From contig CABYFN010000001.1 in NCBI GenBank assembly GCA_902518235.1, positions 34,668 to 98,667 on the forward strand: 64,000 nucleotides of DNA, written 5' to 3'. Below, one piece after another: positions 25,187 to 33,259 of this stretch. The stretch's first letter is position 1. Every line of letters starts with the position of its first letter. The notes under the pieces are model-generated. The model was not told the DNA's origin, searched no databases, and was given only the letters and a program-made list of their open reading frames with translations. The position numbers and the translations under genes are program-made. Source of the DNA: an uncultured Pelagibacteraceae bacterium. Lineage in GTDB: Bacteria > Pseudomonadota > Alphaproteobacteria > Pelagibacterales > Pelagibacteraceae.

Positions 25187-27025
25187 GTGGAACGTATAAT
25201 TACAAAATCATTCGCGAGATTAATGGGCAGAGGTGTCCATAGGGGTTTCATAACCCACGAAGAGTTAAATAAATCTTTAGGAAAAAGAAATCTGTCAAAC
25301 GAAAATTTAGAGCAAGCTTTTATACATATTCTCGATGAAAAAATTATATTAGTTGAAAAAAAATCAGACTTCAAAGTTCTCAGAAAAAAAGAAAATGGCT
25401 CCAAAGAAGATGGTAAGTCTATTGAAAAAAGCGATGATCCAATTCGAATGTACCTTAGAGAAATGGGAGGGGTAGAACTTCTTTCTAGAGAAGGTGAAAT
25501 TGCTATTGCCAAAAGAATTGAAGCTGGAAAAGATGTAATGTTGAATGCACTCTCGCAAAGCCCCATTACTGCACAACAGTTTTTTGAATGGAATACAAAA
25601 CTTCAAAATGATGAAATTTTGGTTAGAGAAATAATTGATATTGATACTAATTATATGGAAGATGAAGATACTGGGCAAAGCGCAAAACAAAAAAAATCAG
25701 ATGAAGGAAATGAGAGTCAAAATAGTGATGACCAGACTAACAATGCTGATGATGATGAATTTAATCCAACGCTTGCTGCAATGGAAACAGAGATTAAACC
25801 TAAAGTTTTACAAACTGTTTATAATTTAACTAAGGAATATAATAAACTTATAAAATATCAGAGAGAAAAATTAGATTGTGTACTAAATTCAAAACAATTC
25901 TCTCCATCAAAAGAAAAAAATTATAAAAAAATCGTAGAAGATATTTTAGAAAATATCAAAACTTTACAATTATCTCCCTCAGTTTTAGAGGAATTAGTTC
26001 AAAAACATTATATAGAAAACCGTAAAATAATTTCTTTAGAGGGAAATCTTTTAAGATTTGCAATTAATGAAAAGATCTCCAGGGATGAATTTATAAAATT
26101 TTATGTTGGAAACGAAATAAACCCAAATTTAAAGAGTTTCTTAGATACCAATGAAGTATGGAAGAAATTTTTTCAAAAATATAAAATACAATTTAAAGAC
26201 ATTAGAGATAGATTAATAGAAATAAGTAATAAGCTTGGGATATCAGTCACTGACTATAAATTAATGGTTAGTAGAATTCAAAAAGGTGAGAAAGAATCTA
26301 GAATTGCAAAAAAAGAGATGGTTGAAGCTAATCTAAGATTAGTAATTTCGATTGCTAAAAAATATACAAATAGGGGTTTGCAATTTTTAGATTTAATTCA
26401 AGAGGGAAATATAGGTTTGATGAAAGCGGTTGATAAATTTGAATATAGAAGAGGATATAAATTCTCTACTTATGCAACATGGTGGATTAGACAAGCGATA
26501 ACTAGATCTATTGCAGACCAAGCCAGAACGATAAGAATCCCAGTTCATATGATTGAGACAATTAATAAAATTGTGAGAACTCAACGTCTAATTTTGAGTG
26601 AGTTCGGTAGAGAGGCTACTCCTGAAGAACTTGCAAAAAAATTGAGAATGCCACTTGAAAAGGTAAGGAAAGTCCTTAAAATTTCTAAAGAACCAGTATC
26701 GCTTGAGAAGCCAGTTGGTGATGAAGAAGATAGTAGTTTAGGAGATTTTATAGAGGATACAAAAGCATTAGCACCACTTGAGCAAGCAATTAAATCTAAT
26801 CTGAGTGAGGCAACTACTAAAATACTTTCAACCTTAACCCCAAGAGAAGAAAGAGTTTTAAGAATGAGATTTGGTGTTGGAATGAATACGGATCATACTT
26901 TAGAAGAAGTTGGCTTACAGTTTTCTGTAACAAGAGAAAGAATTCGTCAAATTGAAGCTAAAGCACTCAGAAAATTAAAACATCCGAGTAGATCTAAACA
27001 ATTGAAAAGTTTCTTGGAAAGTTAA
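25187..27025 (+). CDS. rpoD: RNA polymerase primary sigma factor sigma70
   Basis: [72 protein letters not shown]. Confidence 0.98.
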   Translation: MERIITKSFARLMGRGVHRGFITHEELNKSLGKRNLSNENLEQAFIHILDEKIILVEKKSDFKVLRKKENGSKEDGKSIEKSDDPIRMYLREMGGVELLSREGEIAIAKRIEAGKDVMLNALSQSPITAQQFFEWNTKLQNDEILVREIIDIDTNYMEDEDTGQSAKQKKSDEGNESQNSDDQTNNADDDEFNPTLAAMETEIKPKVLQTVYNLTKEYNKLIKYQREKLDCVLNSKQFSPSKEKNYKKIVEDILENIKTLQLSPSVLEELVQKHYIENRKIISLEGNLLRFAINEKISRDEFIKFYVGNEINPNLKSFLDTNEVWKKFFQKYKIQFKDIRDRLIEISNKLGISVTDYKLMVSRIQKGEKESRIAKKEMVEANLRLVISIAKKYTNRGLQFLDLIQEGNIGLMKAVDKFEYRRGYKFSTYATWWIRQAITRSIADQARTIRIPVHMIETINKIVRTQRLILSEFGREATPEELAKKLRMPLEKVRKVLKISKEPVSLEKPVGDEEDSSLGDFIEDTKALAPLEQAIKSNLSEATTKILSTLTPREERVLRMRFGVGMNTDHTLEEVGLQFSVTRERIRQIEAKALRKLKHPSRSKQLKSFLES

Positions 27026-27027
27026 CG

Positions 27028-27102
27028 GGGCCGTTAGCTCAATAGTAGAGTACTGCATTGACATTGCAGGGGTAGTTGGAGCGTAACCAACACGGCCCAC
27101 CA
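27028..27102 (+). tRNA. tRNA-Val(GAC) with atypical D- and T-loops
   Basis: Full cloverleaf: acceptor GGGCCGT/ACGGCCC, discriminator A, encoded CCA; D stem GCTC/GAGT; anticodon arm CTGCA-TTGACAT-TGCAG; T stem GTTGG/CCAAC with loop AGCGTAA instead of TTCRANY. Confidence 0.88.
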
Positions 27103-27121
27103 TTATAATTATTATCTATAA

Positions 27122-27148
27122 TTGATAAGTGTAAGAAAATGATATAAT
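27122..27148 (+). promoter_or_regulatory. Candidate promoter for the tRNA(CAT) gene
   Basis: Extended -10 TG-A-TATAAT at 27140-27148. TTGATA at 27122-27127, although the spacer is only 15 nt. Confidence 0.45.
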
Positions 27149-27164
27149 TAAGAGTAACTTTTTA

Positions 27165-27241
27165 GGGCCTGTAGCTCAGTTGGTTAGAGCAGTACACTCA
27201 TAATGTATTGGTCCCAGGTTCGAGTCCTGGCGGGCCCACCA
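27165..27241 (+). tRNA. tRNA with CAT anticodon, most likely tRNA-Ile2 (lysidine)
   Basis: Canonical cloverleaf, anticodon loop CTCATAA, GGTTCGAGTCC T-arm, CCA end. It has G1-C72 and no GGG/CCC anticodon stem, so it is not the initiator. Acceptor C4-G69 and C5-G68 are TilS determinants. Confidence 0.9.
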
Positions 27242-27242
27242 A

Positions 27243-27833
27243 CTACTTAATTATAAATTCCTCTAAAGATTTAAAGAGATAATTAACATCTCCATTGTTA
27301 TTTTGTAATATAGATTTAAACTCTTCTTTTTGAGTTCTAGCTAAACTTAATCCTTCAACAATGAGATCTCTGATTAAAGGTCTGTCAGGATTTTTTGTAT
27401 AAATTCTCCAATCAATTTTTATTTCTGGATTTTTTGATGTTTCCTCTAAAACAGTACTAACAATTGTGTATTTTTCGTTTATTTTTTTTTCAGATACCAC
27501 ACTTATTTTCGGATCTGAGTAATCGACTAATCTACTAGAAAAACTTTTTAAGAAATAACTATTAAACAGTTTTTTATATTTAATTTTTTGATCCTCATTA
27601 AGGTTTTTGCGATATTTACCGAGGGTATACATTCCAATGCCATCAATATCGACGCTAGTTTCAGCAATATTATTTAATCTAATTATTTTGGCCTCAACAG
27701 GATCAGAGCTTGATAAAATAACCGATGCCTCATTAACTATTTCACTGATTAATGTACTTGGCTCTTTTGCAAATGAAATATTACTTAAAAGTAAAATAAA
27801 AAAAAAAAAAGAAATTATTTTGATTTTAGTCAT
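27243..27833 (-). CDS. mlaC: MlaC/Ttg2D phospholipid-binding periplasmic protein
   Basis: Signal peptide, 'LGKY', 'IDWRI', 'IRDLIVEGLSLARTQKEEF'. Follows vacJ. Confidence 0.9.
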   Translation of the reverse strand: MTKIKIISFFFFILLLSNISFAKEPSTLISEIVNEASVILSSSDPVEAKIIRLNNIAETSVDIDGIGMYTLGKYRKNLNEDQKIKYKKLFNSYFLKSFSSRLVDYSDPKISVVSEKKINEKYTIVSTVLEETSKNPEIKIDWRIYTKNPDRPLIRDLIVEGLSLARTQKEEFKSILQNNNGDVNYLFKSLEEFIIK

Positions 27834-27839
27834 TAATAA

Positions 27840-28643
27840 TTATTGGGTATCTATTTCTTCCCAATCATCATCATTCATTGTTTCGGTGGTTTCGTCTGAG
27901 TTTAGAATTTTTCTTTTTCTATCTTGCAAATACAAACTTCTAACTGATGCATATAAATCCATAGAATTATTCTCAAGACTATCAAAAGCTTCTAAATTTT
28001 TTGCTCTAAAATCGACACCAGCAGTCAATCTAGAATAATAGTAATCTGAATTTTCAAAATATTTAGTGTCATTTGCTATTGTAAGATTGTACCATGCATC
28101 ACCTCCTCCAAAATTAGCTAATGAACCTAGCGTATCTCGTACTGTTGTTGGACCAAGAACAGGTAATACAAAATAACATCCTTCTTTTACTCCCCAAGTT
28201 CCAAGAGTTTGCCCATAATCTTCCTTATCAAGTTTGTTTAATCCATAATATGAAGCTACATCAAAAATTCCAGCAATGCCGAGTGTTGAATTAATAGAAA
28301 ACCTTAACGAATTTATTCCAGCTTCTTTAAATTGACCCTGTAATATATTGTTCGGTACGGTCACAACATTAGATAAATTATTTAAAGCATTACTTGTTCC
28401 AGATCTTATTGGTTTAGGCAAGAATCTATACCCTTTAGCAACTGGTTTAAAAAATATTTTATCTAACCCCTGATTAAATGCAAAAATCCCTCTGTTAAAA
28501 GTTTCAAAACAATCTTTAACTTCAGCACTCTGTTCTTTAGTTTTACTATTTATTTCTAGAGTTCCATCTGATCCTGCATGTAAATGCAAGGTATAAAGTT
28601 GAGAGATTATCGCAATTATAAATATTGTTAAAATCTTTTTCAT
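27840..28643 (-). CDS. mlaA: VacJ/MlaA family protein
   Basis: D.FETFNRGIFAFN, RFSINSTLGIAGIFDVA, EDYGQTLGTWG, YFVLPVLGPTTVRD. Confidence 0.93.
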   Translation of the reverse strand: MKKILTIFIIAIISQLYTLHLHAGSDGTLEINSKTKEQSAEVKDCFETFNRGIFAFNQGLDKIFFKPVAKGYRFLPKPIRSGTSNALNNLSNVVTVPNNILQGQFKEAGINSLRFSINSTLGIAGIFDVASYYGLNKLDKEDYGQTLGTWGVKEGCYFVLPVLGPTTVRDTLGSLANFGGGDAWYNLTIANDTKYFENSDYYYSRLTAGVDFRAKNLEAFDSLENNSMDLYASVRSLYLQDRKRKILNSDETTETMNDDDWEEIDTQ

Positions 28644-28719
28644 TAATGCTGTTTATATTATATCTTCTATTTATTTAAAGATTTAATTGTTCGAAATAAT
28701 GCAGAAAAATGTTAAAAAA

Positions 28720-29433
28720 ATGACTGTTAATTACTCACCTAATTTTAATCTCAAGAAAAGAGATAAAAAAAAAATAAAGTATTTAATTTACCACTATACT
28801 GGAATGAAAAATGATAAATTAGCAATAAAAAAGCTAACTAGTTTTAATTCTAATGTAAGTTGTCATTACTATATAACTAAATCAGGAAAACTTATACAAA
28901 TGGTTCCTGATTTATATGTTGCTTGGCATGCTGGAAAGTCTAACTGGGGAAATCATAAGTCTTTGAATTTTAAGTCAATAGGTATTGAAATTTCTAATCC
29001 AGGTCATCAATATGGTTATAAAGTATTTACCGGCAATCAAATAAAAAGTTTAATTAAAATTTCAAAATTAATTATTAAAAAATATAATATTAAAAAAAAT
29101 AAAATTTTAGGCCACTCAGATATAGCTCCTTTAAGAAAAATAGATCCAGGAGAAAAATTTCCTTGGAAACTTTTAAGCAAGAAAAAAATTGGAATTTGGC
29201 ACAAAGTAAATTTAAATATTCTTAAATCATCTCGGGGAAAAAAGTCAGAATTAAGTTTAAATAAATTTATTATTTATTTAAAAAAATTAGGATATCATAT
29301 GAAATTTTCTAACCCCAACGAATTAAAAAAAATTATAAAAACTTTTCAAATGAGATTTAGACCTGAGATAACTGATGGAAAATTAGATTTAGAATGCTAT
29401 AAAATAGCAAAATCCCTTAATAATATTAAATAA
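28720..29433 (+). CDS. N-acetylmuramoyl-L-alanine amidase (Amidase_2, AmiD-like)
   Basis: SPNF, IYHYTGM, SCHY, AWHAG, SIGIE, GHSDIAPLRKIDPG, C-terminal PG-binding-like FQMRFRP. Start is uncertain (28687, 28699 or 28720). Confidence 0.9.
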   Translation: MTVNYSPNFNLKKRDKKKIKYLIYHYTGMKNDKLAIKKLTSFNSNVSCHYYITKSGKLIQMVPDLYVAWHAGKSNWGNHKSLNFKSIGIEISNPGHQYGYKVFTGNQIKSLIKISKLIIKKYNIKKNKILGHSDIAPLRKIDPGEKFPWKLLSKKKIGIWHKVNLNILKSSRGKKSELSLNKFIIYLKKLGYHMKFSNPNELKKIIKTFQMRFRPEITDGKLDLECYKIAKSLNNIK

Positions 29434-29472
29434 TTATTTATTGAATTATATAAAAAAATTTATATTCTTTGG

Positions 29473-29832
29473 TTGCCAGATAAAAGACTTATCGCTTTAA
29501 TTTATTAAAGAGGAAAGTCCGGGCTCTACAAAGACACAGTGCCAGTTAATAACTGGCGGGGGCGACCCTAGGGATAGTGCCACAGAAAATAAACCGCCTT
29601 ATCAAGGCAAGGGTGAAAAGGTGTGGTAAGAGCACACCGGCTATGTTGGTAACAGCTAGCGCATGGAAAACCCCACTGGGAGCAAGACTGAGTAGAGATG
29701 ACACTGTTAGAAATAACTAAAAGCAGTCTTTGGCTAGTCATCTGGGTTAGTTGCTTGAGCCTTAAAGTGATTTAAGGTCTAGAGAAATGATAAGTTTAAA
29801 CGACAGAACCCGGCTTATATTTTATCTGGCAA
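29473..29832 (+). ncRNA. rnpB: RNase P RNA (type A)
   Basis: Conserved GAGGAAAGTCCGGGCT, AGTGCCACAGAAA, GGGTGAAAAGGTGTGGTAAGAGC, ACAGAACCCGGCTTA. Terminal P1 helix TTGCCAGATAAAA / TTTTATCTGGCAA. Confidence 0.96.
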
Positions 29833-29907
29833 AATCATAACCTTATAACTCTTAATCTCGTAATAAATTAAATCATAATTTCAACTTTGTTATATTGAAG
29901 AAATTTA

Positions 29908-29922
29908 GAACAAATCAAGAAT
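29908..29922 (+). promoter_or_regulatory. Candidate alphaproteobacterial LexA (SOS) box
   Basis: GAAC-AAATCAA-GAAT is GAAC-N7-GAAC with one mismatch. It lies where the -35 of a TATAAT (29930-29935) would be. Confidence 0.45.
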
Positions 29923-29943
29923 ACCCGACTATAATATTAGGTG

Positions 29944-29994
29944 TTGACGATTAAATTTAAAACCCATAATATCCCATAATATCCCAAATATGGA
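29944..29994 (+). promoter_or_regulatory. mraZ promoter with three 10-bp-spaced MraZ-type repeats
   Basis: TTGACG (29944-29949), 17 nt, TAATAT (29967-29972). CCCA at 29963, 29973 and 29983 (CCCATAATAT-CCCATAATAT-CCCAAATA, i.e. TGGG repeats on the minus strand). Confidence 0.75.
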
Positions 29995-30005
29995 ATTTAT
30001 GAATT

Positions 30006-30461
30006 ATGTTTTTATCTACTTACAAAAACAAATTAGACAAAAAAGGAAGGGTGTCCGTGCCTGCTAGTTTTAGAAGCTATCTCTCTAATATGGGATACAA
30101 CGGAATCATATGTTTTCCATCATTTAATAATCAATCAATTGAGGCTTGGCCTCAAGATAGAATTGAAAAAATTTCAAATGCAATAGACACTTTAAATCCA
30201 TTCGAGGATAAGAAAGATTATTTTGCAACTTCAATACTATCAGAAAGTATTAACTTACAATTTGATAGCGAGGGAAGAATTCTCATTATAGAAAAATTAT
30301 TAAGACATGCAAAAATAAAAAATAGCATGTTGTTTGTTGGTCAGGGAAAAACCTTCCAAATATGGGAACCAACAAGTTTTGAAAAATTTAGGGTCACTGC
30401 TAGAAAAAAATCTAACATTAACAGGGCTAACCTTAAATGGGAGCAAAAACTTAATAACTAA
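30006..30461 (+). CDS. mraZ: Division/cell wall cluster transcriptional repressor MraZ
   Basis: Two DxxGR motifs (LDKKGRVSVPA, FDSEGRI), FVGQGKTFQIWEP. Confidence 0.96.
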   Translation: MFLSTYKNKLDKKGRVSVPASFRSYLSNMGYNGIICFPSFNNQSIEAWPQDRIEKISNAIDTLNPFEDKKDYFATSILSESINLQFDSEGRILIIEKLLRHAKIKNSMLFVGQGKTFQIWEPTSFEKFRVTARKKSNINRANLKWEQKLNN

Positions 30462-30471
30462 CGGGGGATAA

Positions 30472-31935
30472 ATGACAATTAATTTTAAAGCACCAGATAT
30501 AAAAGAGTTGAAACCAAGAATATTAGTTCTTGGAATCGGAGGAGCAGGAGGTAATGCAATCAATGGAATGATAGAGTCAGGTTTACAAGGAGTAGAGTTT
30601 ATAGCTGTAAATACTGATGCTCAGGATTTAAGACTAAGCCATGCACAAACTAAAATCCAAATGGGATTAAATTTAACAAAAGGATTAGGTGCTGGAGCAA
30701 AATTAGATATAGGTGAAGCTGCTGCTGATGAATCCTTAAATGAAATTGTTAATGTTCTTCAAGGGTCTAACATGGTTTTCATAACTGCAGGAATGGGAGG
30801 TGGAACCGGAACCGGTGCTGCTCATGTTATTGCTCGTGCCGCTAAAGAATTAAATATTCTCACGATTGGAGTTGTTACCCTACCTTTTTTATATGAAGGT
30901 CCTTCAAGAATGAGAAAAGCAAATCAAGGTCTTGAAGAATTAAGAAAACATGTAGATACTATTATTGTAGTTCCCAATCAAAATTTATTTAAAATTGCGA
31001 GTGAACAAACTACATTTGAAGAATCTTTTTTACTTTCGAATGATGTATTGAAGCATGGAGTTCAAAGTATAACAGATCTTATGGTAAGACCTGGTTTAAT
31101 TAATTTAGATTTTGCCGATGTTGAAACAGTTATGAGCTCAATGGGTAAAGCCATGATGGGAACTGGTCAAGCTGAGGGTGAAGGTAGAGCTGTTAAAGCT
31201 GCAGAGATGGCTATAAGCAATCCTCTTATAGATGACTACACATTAAAAGGAGCTAAAGGCTTACTAGTCAATATCACAGGAGGAAAAGATCTTAAACTTT
31301 TTGAAGTAGATGAAGCTGTAAATAAAGTTAGAGCTGAAGTAGATCCAGAAGCAGAACTAATAATTGGAGCAATTACAGATGAGAATCTTGATGGTTTAAT
31401 GCGAGTTTCAATTGTAGCTACTTCTCTGGATGGGCAACAACCAGAGCCCAAATCAGTGATTAATATGGTTCATAGAATACAAAATAGAAATCCTGGATAT
31501 TCTGATTTTTCAAATACAGGGTCTTCTCAAGCATTTACATTCTCTAACCAAAATAGCTCAATAATAACTAACGGTGCGAATGCGCTTAAAATTGAAGAAG
31601 AAGTTAAGGTAGAAACTGAAAGTCACTCAACATCTGAAATTAATCATTCAGAAGAATTAATAAATTCAACAAATGTTGAAGAGGAAACAAATACTGTCGA
31701 GAACGAATCAACTACAGCTTCTGAGCAGTCTTTTGAAACAGATGAAAATAACTCTTCTACATCAAATGGATTAGAGAATTTTGATTTTGATGAAGAAACA
31801 CCTGAGCTATTTAATTCTGATGGATCAATTAGTGAAACTGAAGATGAAACTTCATTATCAACAGAAACAAGTACAACAAGAGAAGAAGAAGACGATTTAG
31901 AAATTCCAGCATTTTTGAGAAGACAAAAAAATTAA
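30472..31935 (+). CDS. ftsZ: Cell division protein FtsZ
   Basis: [21 protein letters not shown] tubulin signature, NLDFAD, long acidic linker, C-terminal [22 protein letters not shown]. Confidence 0.98.
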   Translation: MTINFKAPDIKELKPRILVLGIGGAGGNAINGMIESGLQGVEFIAVNTDAQDLRLSHAQTKIQMGLNLTKGLGAGAKLDIGEAAADESLNEIVNVLQGSNMVFITAGMGGGTGTGAAHVIARAAKELNILTIGVVTLPFLYEGPSRMRKANQGLEELRKHVDTIIVVPNQNLFKIASEQTTFEESFLLSNDVLKHGVQSITDLMVRPGLINLDFADVETVMSSMGKAMMGTGQAEGEGRAVKAAEMAISNPLIDDYTLKGAKGLLVNITGGKDLKLFEVDEAVNKVRAEVDPEAELIIGAITDENLDGLMRVSIVATSLDGQQPEPKSVINMVHRIQNRNPGYSDFSNTGSSQAFTFSNQNSSIITNGANALKIEEEVKVETESHSTSEINHSEELINSTNVEEETNTVENESTTASEQSFETDENNSSTSNGLENFDFDEETPELFNSDGSISETEDETSLSTETSTTREEEDDLEIPAFLRRQKN

Positions 31936-31953
31936 TGGTCTTCAAAAAAATAA

Positions 31954-32949
31954 ATGAATGCCACCATAAATCTGGAAAACAAACATTTTCCAGTACTGCT
32001 AAATGAATTAATTAGCATTATTTCCCCTCTTTATGGTGGCACATTTATTGATTGTACTTTTGGTCAAGGGGGATACTCAGAAAAAATTCTTGAGAATAAA
32101 CAAAATAATATAATTGCATTAGATAGAGACAAAGATGTCCTAAGTAACACATCAAAACTCCAAAAAAGATATAATAAAAGATTTAAATTTTATAATCTTA
32201 AATTTTCTCAATTAGATCAAATCAAAATAAAAAATCATCAAATCAAAGGAATCATTTTTGATTTAGGATATTCATTTAACCAAATTAAAAATTCTCAAAA
32301 AGGTTTATCATTTTCTGATAAAGGAAAGCTAAATATGAGAATGGGTATAAATGATTTTTCAGCAGATGAGATTATATCTAATATGGATGAAAATAACCTT
32401 GCTAAAGTATTTAAAGTATTTGGGGATGAAAAATATTCAAAAAAAATAGCAAAAAAAATTGCAGAAAAAAGAAAAGACAAAAACATAAAAACAGAGGATT
32501 TAGTACAAATTATAGATAATGTTAAAAAATATCAAAAAACAAAAATACATAATTCAACTAAGGTTTTTCAGGCTTTAAGAATTTTAGTGAATAAAGAAAT
32601 TAGTGAATTAATAAATGGATTAATTAATTCATTTAATTTAATTCCCAAAGGTGGAATAATAGCTGTAGTTAGTTTTCACTCAATAGAAGACAAAATTGTC
32701 AAATTTTTTTTTAAACACTATTCTGAGCAAAGAAATTCCTCAAGATATTTACCTGAAACAGAGGTTCCAGAAAGATGTTTTAGATTAATTAATAAAAAAC
32801 CTATTTTACCAAGCTTGAGTGAGATAAGGCAAAACCCACCTTCAAGATCAGCTAAATTAAGGTATGGAATTAAAACTAATGATAAATGTGATTTTAGTGA
32901 ATTTAGAGAAAAATTTGATAATTTAATTAATGTTGAGGATCTAAGATAA
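31954..32949 (+). CDS. rsmH: 16S rRNA m4C1402 methyltransferase
   Basis: HFPVLL.E, DCTFGQGG, DLGYS, FQALRILVN.E, SFHSIEDKIVK, NPPSRSAKLR. Confidence 0.95.
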   Translation: MNATINLENKHFPVLLNELISIISPLYGGTFIDCTFGQGGYSEKILENKQNNIIALDRDKDVLSNTSKLQKRYNKRFKFYNLKFSQLDQIKIKNHQIKGIIFDLGYSFNQIKNSQKGLSFSDKGKLNMRMGINDFSADEIISNMDENNLAKVFKVFGDEKYSKKIAKKIAEKRKDKNIKTEDLVQIIDNVKKYQKTKIHNSTKVFQALRILVNKEISELINGLINSFNLIPKGGIIAVVSFHSIEDKIVKFFFKHYSEQRNSSRYLPETEVPERCFRLINKKPILPSLSEIRQNPPSRSAKLRYGIKTNDKCDFSEFREKFDNLINVEDLR

Positions 32950-32953
32950 TTAA

Positions 32954-33259
32954 ATGAAAAAATTATTTTTTTTTGTACCTATAATTTTTTTAATATTTGC
33001 AACAACTTTAACTAAAAACTCAACAAAAAAACTTGATAAAGAAATTTTTCAATTAAAAGAAAATATTAGAATATTAGAAGATCGTTATGAACTGACTTTA
33101 CTTGATTATAGTATTTTAACTTCACCAAAAAAACTAATGGAGTATCAACAATTTTTCTTTGAGGATAAACTTATTCAAAAGAAAATAGAAAATCTAAGTA
33201 AAATTGAATTTTTAGGTGATAAATTAACAATTAATAAAATGATTAATATTGATGAGTGA
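32954..33259 (+). CDS. ftsL: Cell division protein FtsL-like
   Basis: Single N-terminal TM, coiled coil and 'LTSPKKL'. Lies between rsmH and ftsI. Confidence 0.7.
   Translation: MKKLFFFVPIIFLIFATTLTKNSTKKLDKEIFQLKENIRILEDRYELTLLDYSILTSPKKLMEYQQFFFEDKLIQKKIENLSKIEFLGDKLTINKMINIDE

Noticed and set aside
25129-25829. Antisense and alternate-frame ORFs over rpoD (145, 108 and 64 aa)
   Set aside because: Shadow ORFs of a conserved gene, with no recognisable motifs.
27165-27241. tRNA-Met (initiator or elongator) assignment
   Set aside because: It lacks the initiator C1:A72 mismatch and the three G-C anticodon-stem pairs. The acceptor stem GGGCCTG fits tRNA-Ile2 better, although elongator Met is not formally excluded.
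27026-27245. tRNA pair as an integration site or genomic island boundary
   Set aside because: No integrase, and I saw no duplicated tRNA 3' end in the window. Both flanks are core genes.
29961-29990. Short tandem repeat as a mini-CRISPR or VNTR
   Set aside because: Only three 10-bp units with no spacers and no cas genes. Better explained as the MraZ operator.
28687-30006. amidase-rnpB-mraZ adjacency as a novelty
   Set aside because: This is a common alphaproteobacterial arrangement.
31500-31900. Low-complexity Glu/Ser/Thr/Asn region in FtsZ as an insertion or intein
   Set aside because: It matches the long disordered C-terminal linker typical of alphaproteobacterial FtsZ. No intein motifs.
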